Assembly (NCBI GenBank): GCA_013265495.1
Contig: MU058037.1
Coordinates: 1,117,498 to 1,181,497, forward strand
Reading direction: 5' to 3'
DNA: 64,000 nucleotides
Source: Vicugna vicugna
Lineage: Eukaryota
Shown here: positions 53,481 to 64,000 of the stretch, in pieces
How positions within the stretch are numbered: the first letter of the stretch is position 1
Layout: every line of letters starts with the position of its first letter
Notes under the pieces: model-generated
Told to the model about the DNA's origin: nothing
The model's input: the letters and a program-made list of their open reading frames with translations, nothing else
Database searches by the model: none
Program-made: the position numbers and the translations under genes

Positions 53481-54911
53481 GGAGTGTAGTAAAAGTAAGT
53501 GATCATTCCATTTCTCAAAGACACAGGTTTCAATGCCCAAGAAATCTGAGTCATCTGCTTCTGCAGTGAAATCTGGATGACCCCTGGAAGTTCCTGCAAA
53601 AATCCTGTATTCTCAGCTCCATTTTTATTCTGGCTTCTGGCAATGAACAGCAGGAACACGTGAGGACTTAGGGGAGCATCAGGAATAGTTACCACCAAAG
53701 CTCACGTGAGTACGCCTCCGAATTGTAACCACTAAAGCCAGCTAGGATTTTTCTTCCCTTTTCAGTCATCCTCTTTCAGGAAGTGGCTTTTCAAAAATAC
53801 GCAACCCTTCTGAACAACTACAAAGTAAAATACGTTATACACGCCAACCATGCAAAACAGGGCATGGGTGTGGGCAGGTTGAGAAGTGGTGTCGTAGGTG
53901 TATATGTCTTTCTCAGGATGTGCATATTGTGCCAAAAAACTTATATTTAGTCCAAAGAACTTAAATTTAGTTGACAGTCTTCTACAGTAAAATGTTTTTA
54001 ATCTTCCTACAACATTCAAGCTAACTAGCAGGAAACTTTTCATAATGTGTTGCAATATTTATGCTACAAAAATGCCCCCTCATCTGTTTTTCCACTCCTT
54101 TTTTTTCAGTCAAGAGTCCCATGCATAGCATTTCCAGGCTGTCGCTCCACTTCTCAGTAACTTCAGCATCTCCTGCCACAAGTCAAAAATCTCACAAATG
54201 GATTCTGACTTCCTTCATCCGCCCATCTCACTCCTGTCAGCTCTCACCAACAGCCCTGCTCATTCCTTCCTTCCCACAGAGCCAAGTTATACTGATTTGG
54301 TCTCCTCCTTGGAACTTCACGCCAGCACCTCCAGTTCCCCTTTACCCCGTCCTTCCAAGTTCAAACAAGAGCACCTGTCTTCAAGATCAGACAACAAGCG
54401 AGCTCTTTCATACACCACATAACATGTGCTTCTGAAGACACTACTTTGTGTATTAGTATTTTCAATTATTTGCACTGTTTATAACTATTTTTAACTACAT
54501 CATGGCAAAAGCTGTATCATCTTTAGTTGGGCATTGACCTTTAACTCTCTGCTTTCATAATAGGTATGTAAGAACAGACAGTAATTTCATCCATAAATGT
54601 ATCTGTTTCATGACACAGGCAACCCCATAAAGCTCATACTTAATCAGTGCAAGCTTTGGCATTGGCACAAATCTCCAAACACATACCTCTGTTTTCACCT
54701 AATATCCTTATAAATAAATAAAATATAATGTGCTCATTATCCAGGGATTCTAGACAGTGGACTGTTCAAAGATTTGCATACGAGTGGACTCATGGAGCCA
54801 TGTAATAGTTAGTCATCTCCAGCAGAAACACCTGAATTAAGATGCACTGAAAGGCTGGAGTGAAATAAAACTATACCTTCTTGAGGCCTGCCCCAGCAAT
54901 CTTTACATAGG

Positions 54912-55408
54912 CAGGGGTTCTTCATCTTTTTTATGCCATACATCCCCCTGGACAGGTTCTTAAAACCTATGGGCCATTCTCAAAATAATGTTTGTAAGAA
55001 CATAAGAAATACAGGTTTACAACGGGAATCAGTTATTTCACAACACAGTTAACAAAACAGTTGTTTTACTGTTTGACTTCGTGATATATGTGTCACTTCA
55101 TTAACTCACTAAATAAGACCTAGCATCAAGTCGAACCACTACTATGGTTTTCAATTGGTGATGTATGTAGATAATATTTCAAGATACCTGCAACATCTGT
55201 ATTAAAATTTTTAAAAGCGATTCCCATTGGTAACAAAGTCAAAGCTAATAATACCAGAGATTGTAGCCTACATTCATAATTAAAGAAGATGCTAAAGTTC
55301 CACCAGAGGTTTGCAAAAATAAAGGTGCATTTTTCCCCCCTATTCAAGTCCCTGAATTTTATCAAAAGCTCTCTTGAGAAGACATGGGTCCACGTTAAAG
55401 ATCCCCTA
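54912..55408. mobile_element. hAT-Charlie element (MER119-like)
   Basis: Ends CAGGGGTTCTTCA / TTAAAGATCCCCT; subfamily name from memory. Confidence 0.6.
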
Positions 55409-55829
55409 GGGATGAGAAAAAGAGAGAGAAAGGAAATTGGTGTAAACAAAAACGACAACAACAACAAAAAATAGTGGTATCTGAGAGGATTTACAACAGC
55501 CTAAGATGACATTTTTTCTTCTACCAATTCCCCTTTCCTCTTCTCTGTTCCCCTGTAGGAGAGATTTAAAACTCATGTACACCAGTGAGTGTGTTGTCTG
55601 ACCAATAGATTATTATCGAGACCGTCCAAGGTTTCATGACCAAGGTTTGGCAATAAACGTTGGGAATATACACAAATATCCTAACCTATTTATTGTTTTC
55701 ATGCCTGGGCTTGCTTCTTTCAGGATTAGCTGCTCATTTACAGGCATAATGAGACTTCTGGAAAAAACTAGATCACGACATTTCACTCGATAATAATGTT
55801 GCTAAATTTTTCTTATCTATTAAAGTTCT

Positions 55830-55921
55830 TTTTTTTTATTGAAGTACAGTCAATTACAATCTATCTCTGGTGTACAGCATAATATCCCAGTCATGAATGT
55901 ACATATATTTGTTTTCATATT
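55830..55921 (-). mobile_element. 5'-truncated L1 3' tip
   Basis: Poly-T plus L1 3' end; TSD TTAAAGTTCT on both sides. Confidence 0.75.
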
Positions 55922-56534
55922 TTAAAGTTCTAATTTTATTTGACTAGGAAACTAACCTTTCTTAAGCACCTAGAGTCCTGAATCAAGTGTACCAAGTGCT
56001 TTTAAAATGTCAATTTAATCCTCATGAAATTAACAATAACAACAGATGCCACTTTTTGAACCCTGTAAGACTTCCGATGCATTTCACTGAATTCATTCAA
56101 CAGCATTGCCAGATAAGAAAAGGAGGCTCAGAAGGAAGTGGTTTGCCTGTGATCATATAGCCAGTAAGTGGCAGAGTCCCAATTTCTTTTCAGAGCCCAA
56201 ACCTGAATACCATCCTGTGAGTTCTTATTTTTCTTGCTGTAACTTACACAAGATCACACCGCCAGGGAGTCCTGGAGTCCCGGGAAGGGCTCTAGCCTAT
56301 CTCACTATCCACTCCCCTGTCCTGCCTTCCTGATACCTAAAACACAAATGAAGAACTGACAATTAGCCTTCACCTCCAATCAGGGGCAAGCTCTGGTTGC
56401 AATTCAGGGCTCTTTTAGGACAGCATGCCAGCCCCAGGCACAGAAGGAGGGGAGAAAGAGAAGAGAAAGCCACCCAACCCACCCAGCCACTCACCCCAAC
56501 ACTGCACTCAGCCACTCATAGAGGGCACGATCTT

Positions 56535-56810
56535 TCTCTTTCTTCAACAAGTATTACTAAGCAACAACTATGTGCCAAGCACCATGCTGGGTGCCGAGTT
56601 ACAGTGAAGCCTAAAATGGACAAGATTCTGGCTCTCAGGAAATATACCATGGGAGAAGCGGGGAGGGCAGCAAGCAGAGATGAGAAAAACAAGTAAACAA
56701 GTGTAGAGACAAGATAATTTCAGACAGTTATAAGTACCACAGAGGACACTGATAGGGTAACAGGAAAGAGAGGAACTGGAGACGGAAGGAGAGAGCTATT
56801 TTTAATAAAG
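56535..56810 (-). mobile_element. L2 3' fragment
   Basis: 'ttcaacaagtattactaagcaacaactatgtgccaagcacc'. Confidence 0.65.
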
Positions 56811-56899
56811 GTGTTCTCTGATCCTTCTCTATCAGTGGAAAAAATCTGAGTTTCTTCCCAGATAGCTTACCTTTCTAATGGCCTGTTCAGGACACTAGA

Positions 56900-57228
56900 A
56901 CAGCACTGTCTGACAGAAATATTATCTGAGCAACATATGTAATAGTTATTTTTCTTTTAACTGTATTTGAATAAGTAAAACAAACAGGTGAGATTATATC
57001 TAATAACAGATTTTATTTAACTCAATGTATCTTAAAATATCACTTCATTACGGAATTGATGAAATAAATCATCAGTTTATTAGTGAGATATTTTATATGT
57101 TTTCTAAACGAAGTCTCTGAAATTTGGATGTATTTTACACTTATAGCACATCTCAATTCCAAGTAGCCATATTTCAAAGGCTCAAAAGCCACATGTGGCT
57201 TGTTGCTACCATGTTGAACAGTGGCTCT
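56900..57228. mobile_element. MER33-like MITE
   Basis: cagcactgtctgacagaa ... gccacatgtggcttgttgctaccatgttgaacagtggct. Confidence 0.75.
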
Positions 57229-58067
57229 AGAGTCTTGATTACAATACCTATTGAGATAGCTTGTGATGTGCAGATTTTTAATTTCCACATGGTAGTCTTG
57301 GGGGTCTCATTAACTTCTGCAACCTCCTGTGCCCAACACAATGCCTCTTGCTGGATGCAAATTCTGGTTGCTACCGGCAACAATCGTATTACCAAGCAGA
57401 CTTAGAAATAAGCATGAGACAGTGGATGTACACACAAAGAAAGGAATGTAATCCTTAATGGCATAGTTCAGCTGCTGGATCAACTCTTACCTGAAGGCCA
57501 CACTATTACTAGCCATTTTGGTTACATGAGCCAACAAATTTTCTTTCTTAAGTTGGTGTTTCTGTTACCTGTGACTAAAAGAAACTGGTGCCAGGAAAAA
57601 AGTAAAAGCTCAGTAAAGAGTCCTGTGTTCACAGATAAATGAATACAATCAAAATGCTGTGTAGTTCAATCTATTTGAAGTGAGCACATTTCCCTCATAT
57701 TAAAGAACATACAACTCAGAATGAATGTAATTGAATAGGTCTGGTTCTTATCAACCGTACCCAACTTATTTGTAATATAAACCACTATGAAAGAAAAGCT
57801 ACATTAAAGCCACAAGGGAAAAGATTAGATCTTAAAATAAAAAGCTTGGAACAGGAGAGTCAAAAAGTAAGACAAGGACATGCATGGGGGGTGGAATGTA
57901 CACACAAGAAGAAAATCTAAAATGCTGTCGGAACTACCATAACACAAGCTTTTACACGTAGTGGCCATTCTCATGGCCTCTTTACTTCCTTAATCTATTT
58001 AGAAAGAGGTCATACCCTAGAGCTAAATGCACATTTTTCACAGAGCCTTCCAGAAGAAATTCATTTC

Positions 58068-58205
58068 TTTTTAAATTTTTTTTGGTTTGGGGGGTGGGTA
58101 ATTAAGTTTATTTGTTTATTTATCTTTAATAAAAGTACCAGAGATTGAACCCAAGACCTCTTGCATGCCAGGCATGCACTCTACCACTGAGCTACACCTC
58201 CCACC
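58068..58205 (-). mobile_element. Camelid Vic-1-like SINE
   Basis: Reverse complement of the SINE head and tail; flanking CATTTCT duplication. Confidence 0.85.
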
Positions 58206-59764
58206 CATTTCTGTATTTGAAGTGAATGTCTCCCAACAGGAAATTGCAAAACTTTTAAAAATTTGACAACTTCTTTCCCCTTCCTCACACTGCCACCCTA
58301 CTCATGCTGAAATGGGGCACTGCAATTAAGAAAAATGGAAGCAACAACAACAACAGACTTTTCAAGTAAAATCATTTCATTTCATATCCTACAAGTCTTC
58401 GATACAAGCCCACATCTTTACACAGCACCCCTCTGTGCATGCAGGACCAATGATGACATATGTAGAATCCAGCAATGTGTTGCTCCCTGTATGGCCACAT
58501 GACAACGAACCAGCATGGTCAGAAAAACAGGAATCTGCTCTGAGTGGGCACACTCACTCCAAACAGCAGACTCACTGAGACTGACAGGAGTCGAGTTTTC
58601 ATCAGCAATAAAAAGTGCACCACAGTGGCTGACTGCTCCTTAGCACTTCCCCACCACATCCCTGTTTTGTTTTTTCCAGTCTGAAATCGTTTGTTTCAAA
58701 AAGCTTAACGATGTCAAGGCTCAATTTGGTACATCATTATAGTGACTAAAATGACACAATTCACAATGTTTCCAGTAATAGGAACTTTCTAATTATCAAA
58801 TGACTTCACAGGAGATGAACTGAAGTCTTCAGCTTTTTATTATCTGCAAAAGATGATTGGGCTAAGATCACTAATAGGAAAAACAAGATTATGGGGGGCG
58901 GGTATTTAATTATGAGAATCATCTGAATCTCAGCCAGCAGGTATTCACAAATAAATAACCAATCTATGAATCACAATCATCTTTCTCTGCTCATTAATGC
59001 ACAGATCCTAGTTCATCTTACTGTTCTGCTGGTGCTGTCTATGCTTGAACATAATAATGTACTGCATTTCTTTATAAAATATTGGCAAAGATCGCTATTC
59101 CATAATAGAGATGAGCTGGCCCTACGCTGACTCATCTGTCTTCTGTTTGACACAAGCGTTCTATCTCACTCATTGCCTCATGTTTCATAAGGGCTCATTT
59201 GCAAAATTTTCATCTGCTCGTTCATAAGCAATGCATGCTGTGTCATCTTCATAGTCACATGAAGACAAATTTGGGAGGTTTTATAGGAAGCAAATTCTAA
59301 TACATTCAAACACATGACTGAATTCAGCCTTTTTAAAAAAAAAAAACAAAAAACCAGTCTTGGAGCAAACAAGAAATAATTTTATTTTCCAAGTAGAAAT
59401 CTGAGCCTTATATGCCATTTAAAGAAAAAATTCATGAAGCCAGATTACTGACTTCAACAGAGGGCAATTTTTCATCAGCCAGGTCTGTCAAATCCATTTT
59501 CTTCCACAAATTGGACAGCCGTATCTGTGTATTCTCTATCAGCCCTAAGAAAATGGTATTCTCTTGATTGGTAGTATTGGGTTTTATTTTTGGATGTTCT
59601 CTCTTTTTATGAAGGGTGAGGAAAAATATCTAGACAGGATTCAGTATTTTTGAAAGCACATGATATTTGTGGAGGATAAGACCAGAAAAAAAGTTAAAGC
59701 ACTTGAGAGACACTACTTCATGAGCCTTAGAGCTATCTTTGAGACAAAATGGAGGAGCAAAAGG

Positions 59765-59985
59765 ACAAACATTAATTGAGGGCCTGCTGTATGGCAGAAC
59801 CTGGCCTGTGTACTTTATGTAGGTCATCTCCATTATCTTCACAAATCCTATGAAATGAGTATTCTTCTCTCCATTTGAAACACAAGAAAGCTGAGCTTGG
59901 TAAGCTAAATAACTGACCAAAAGTGACATAGAAGAGGAATGAAAGGGAACAGGATTCAAATCTAGCTCTGTGGCTTCAAAACTCA
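59765..59985 (-). mobile_element. MIR SINE
   Basis: Reverse MIR motifs (cacaaatcctatgaaatgagtatt; caggattcaaatctag). Confidence 0.6.
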
Positions 59986-60004
59986 TGCTATGACTGGCTT
60001 ACAA

Positions 60005-62410
60005 TGAGAAAAAAATCTGGAAACAACCTAAATGGCAACACAGGAATTGATTAAACAAATTATAATATATCTGTATAAAGCAGTCATGGCAAATGATGGT
60101 ATAGGTCTATTTTATTGACCTGAAAAGACATTAACATGTCAAGGAAAAAGATCAGCTCATAAAAATAGAGTATATGATCCTTTTTGAGATCTATATATAT
60201 AATTTTTCCTGTATACTTCCATTTGAAACGTTATCACGGGGTACTGGGATCTGATGTTTCTTCTTGTTAGTTATTTATAGTTGGTCTACAATGAGCTTAT
60301 GTTACCTGGATGGTTAGATGGGTGAGTAGACAGACTGAGAGATACACAGATATACACAGAATAAAGAGATACAGATAGAGTTTAAAGATCTAGTATTTAA
60401 TTCTTGGATTGGCTTTTCCTCCCTTCCCTCTTTCACTCCTTCCAGTCCCCCACCTCTATTTCCCGGGATCACTTCCCAAAATAAACAACTTGCATGCAAA
60501 ATAAATAAATAAATAAAAATCTGGTGTTTAAAAAAATAAGACTGTCAGTATATCTGATATTTGAAAAGCTCTATTTATACACTTTAAGAATATCTAATTA
60601 TCCGCAACATACTTGAAGAGTTCAGAAAAATATATATATCTATAAATCTCTATCAATAATATCATCTGTACATTTATATAGTACTTCTATCTGTATAAAT
60701 GTACAGGTACAGAGAATGAGACAATATCTATACGTTTATAGACAGAGAAAATGAAAGAATAATATGATAAAGCAAATAAAGCAAAATAATAACAATCAGG
60801 GAATCTAGGTAAAGGACGTATGGGAGTTCCTTGTGCTATTGTTTCAACTTTCTCTAAGTCTGAATTACCTCAAAATTTAAATGTTTAAAGAACTAATACA
60901 TATTTTATATTTCAAACACATACAACTGGTACAAGATGACGCTAATTTAAAGAGATCCTACTCTACCATTTGCTCTCCTTCTTGGCACTTGAAGCAAGAG
61001 CCCCATAGTTGATTTTTGAATGCATCCTTCACAGTGCTTGTCACAGAATAAACTTGGAGTTTATTTGGGTTGTGTCTTTCCCAGAGCATAGAAATATATG
61101 AGAAGCCTCCCATTTTGTTTCACAAGGCCATACAACCTTGATAACAGGAGTTGACAAACCTAGCATACAAAAATCCATGGATCAATTCAAACCATAAATA
61201 TAGACACAAATGTGAGAAACGATACTAGCTTATTCAAGTTTAGCAATGTCTTAAAATAATAAGCCATTCATAAGTAGGATCTATTTCAAGATTATATGGT
61301 TAATTCAGCATGAGGAAAGATACTCCATGTAAAGATACCCCCTTAATAGTGAAGAGACATTTTTCTTGAGCAACACCTTTTTCCATAGTAGGAATAACAG
61401 AACACAATTAAAAAAATATTAGAAACAAAGGAAAAATACATTGGAGAGAAATACTAGAAGCATTACCACCCAAACTAGGAATAAGAAAATTATACCCATT
61501 ATCATTGCTATTATTCAACATTGATCTGAGGCTCCAGTCAATACAGTAAAAGGAAAGGGAGAGACAAAAATTATAACTACTTCTAATTTTACGATTACCT
61601 ATCAAAAAAATCCCAAAGAAGCCACCAAAAAGCTATTAATTAATAAAATAGTTCTAATAGGATCCAATATAGATATATCAAAGGTTTGTAACAGGCATCA
61701 AGAGTTGGCAAACTTTTTCCATTAAGGTCAGACAGTAAATATTTTAGGCTTTGCAGGCCATATGGTCTCTGTAGCAAATACTCAACTCTCTCTGCCATTG
61801 TGGTGCAGAAGCAGCCATCGATAAAGCACAAACAAAGGGATATGGCAGTCTTCAACAAAACTTTATTTACAAAACCAGGCTGGATTTTGGCCCACAGGCC
61901 ACAGCTTGCTGACTCTTACGTCATACCCCTCCCTCAAACAAAAAAATTTGATAAAGAAAAGTTACCATTTAAAACAGCAAGAAACTATATAAAGACCTAG
62001 AAATCACTTTCTAAAGGGCAATTCCGCTTTATGCAACAAAAATGAAACAGTGAATACTCTTTCAACACAACAATTTCATTTCTGGGAATTTACCCTAAGG
62101 ATACATTTAGATAAGGCCATAAAGATGTGTAAACTTGGCTATTTATTATAGTGTTATTTATAATAGAAGATATCTACTGACATAACCAATGTCTATGAGG
62201 AATGCATCGTTTGTTAGAGTAGGTGACAGAGTAGCATGCATAATCAGCTAATTTTTTAAAATATAGGGGCTTGCATACGAGATTATGCACATGTGCACAC
62301 ACAGAAAAAAAAAACTGTTAAGATATATACCCAATTGCTTTATTAGCAGTTATTTCTAGAGGTGGATTTATGTACCACTTTCTTCTTATTTTTTGCATGC
62401 TATTCTTGTT
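60005..62410 (+). mobile_element. Cluster of old L1M fragments
   Basis: Degraded L1 ORF2 and 3' UTR motifs (aaactaggaataaga; ttcatttctgggaatttaccctaagga). Boundaries approximate. Confidence 0.6.
61698..61916. mobile_element. MER58A-like MITE nested in old L1
   Basis: 'gttggcaaactttttccattaaggtcagacagtaaatattttaggctttgcaggcca'. Confidence 0.8.
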
Positions 62411-63996
62411 TTTTATTTTCATTTGGACATAAAATTTTTCACTTTTAAAAGTAGCAAGCAAAAAAAAAAAAAACCAAAAAAAACTTGTGCTGCTCTGAAT
62501 AATTTACTCTTATTTTTATGAATTTTAGCCCATATACAGAATCTTCCTCAAACAAAGTTCATCGATACTGATTGTAGTTTTTACATTAAGACATTTTCAG
62601 AAAGTTCTTTAAATTACTATAACTGCTTCATGCAGTTATATATAAAGATAGAAATCTTTGGGCTATAACTAATATAAAAGGATCACCTACCTGGAAAGCT
62701 TGACTTTTTCTTATCCTTCAGCGGTATTTCGGCTTGTGTGACTGTGTGTGTGTGTGAGTGTGCATGCACCATGTCTCTGTCTAGGAAGAAAAGAGCTAGA
62801 GAAGGGAAAAAGGAAATATGCAAGAATGGTAGGTAAAGGACCAACACAAGATGGTCCTACAGGGAAATAAATCTTAGTAAATTCTTTCCTTAAGGTCCTA
62901 TTTACAGTTTTGCAGTACAGAAACCTCACCTGTGGGGTTATGGACAAACCCTGACATTCTTGTGAATTCTCATTTATAACTTATGAAGACTAAGTTTGAG
63001 CCTCCTACTAGAAAATCTAAGTCCATATGATTGACAGCCAGTTGTGAAATTTAAGCACATTTTTCCCTTACAGTTGACAATAGGTATTTTGCCAGTGGTT
63101 TCAGTTGTTATACATATATAAATTGATACATATTTAACTTTCATACACTTAAAGTCTTGGGGAAAAGGATATGGGGAAGAAACAAAAATAATGATTCTCA
63201 AAAATTCTTTGCAGATGTGTTACTGAATGCAAGTTACATGGCACAATTCACAGCTACCAGAAAGAGGACAAAAAAAAATACTATTTTTGCCTTCTCAAAA
63301 CAATACCTTACCTGGCCTTGAAATCTCCCTACTTCCAACCCGAAGTGGTTTTCTACAGCAGCTCAGCATAAAAAAATAGATCAATTGTGAGTAGAAGATC
63401 CTCTGGCAAAAGACATTCCCAGCTTTTGAAAAGTGTGTGTGCACGCATGCATATGTGAGTATGTGTGTGTGAGCTTGTCGTTGCTAGAGAGGCCACACGA
63501 GAAAGGACAGTCTCCCCAGAGCCAACTTAGAAGTTAAGAGGAACAATATGACAAACACAAGGTCATCCAGAGTTCTCAAAAGTAATGTCAAAAGACAATG
63601 AAGTGTAAAGTACATTTTGTGAACTATGAAAATCCAGTACACAATCAGCAAGTGATGAAGTTTGTTCTGAACACAACAGACAAATAAGTATACTGATATA
63701 ACATGACTTTCATTAACTATCCCTTTGCTCCTAACCTCAGTCAAATGCTATTTATCCTTCAGTAGCAGAACTTACTATTATCAAACTTGAACATAACGAG
63801 CTACACTAGGCTTGCATTGAAATCTGGGAGACTGGAATTCCACAATTTTCCTTTCAATCTTCCACTTTAAAAAATCTTAGAAATGAATTTAGTATAGTTA
63901 AAAAGTGAGCAGTCATGCTTCAAACCCAAAACTATGTTTTTCATGTCAAATATTGCTCTCTGTAAAGAGCATCACCAAACCCCACCAGAAGCTTAC

Positions 63997-64000
63997 CCTT
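63997..64000 (-). CDS. PHEX: PHEX exon 3, last 4 nt (truncated by window edge)
   Basis: Minus strand reads AAGG|gtaagcttctggtggggtttggtgat. This fits ...AAG G (Lys plus a phase-1 G), which completes exon 4's leading TG. Only 4 exonic bases are visible. Confidence 0.75.

Overview
Mammalian genomic DNA, mostly intronic, covering the middle of PHEX (X-linked M13-family zinc metallopeptidase) on the minus strand. Eight complete coding exons (human-equivalent exons 4-11; 87, 227, 69, 117, 84, 146, 94 and 129 nt, 953 nt in total) have canonical AG/GT ends and splice into one uninterrupted frame (about residues 117-434). The last 4 nt of exon 3 and its donor appear to sit at the extreme right edge. 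Exon 12 and the HEXXH catalytic exons lie to the left of the window. Five tRNA-derived SINEs of the Vic-1 type point to a camelid (camel, alpaca or llama). The rest is ordinary eutherian repeat content: ERV1 solo LTRs, MaLR/MLT, L1, L2, MIR, MER2, MER3/33, MER5, MER58, Tigger and Charlie. Repeat family names and human comparisons are from memory, not from a search. I found no convincing novel biological system. The best second-look items are small: a uniformly antisense LTR cluster, several unusual retro-insertions with target-site duplications (TSDs), a few candidate regulatory elements and some splice-site quirks.
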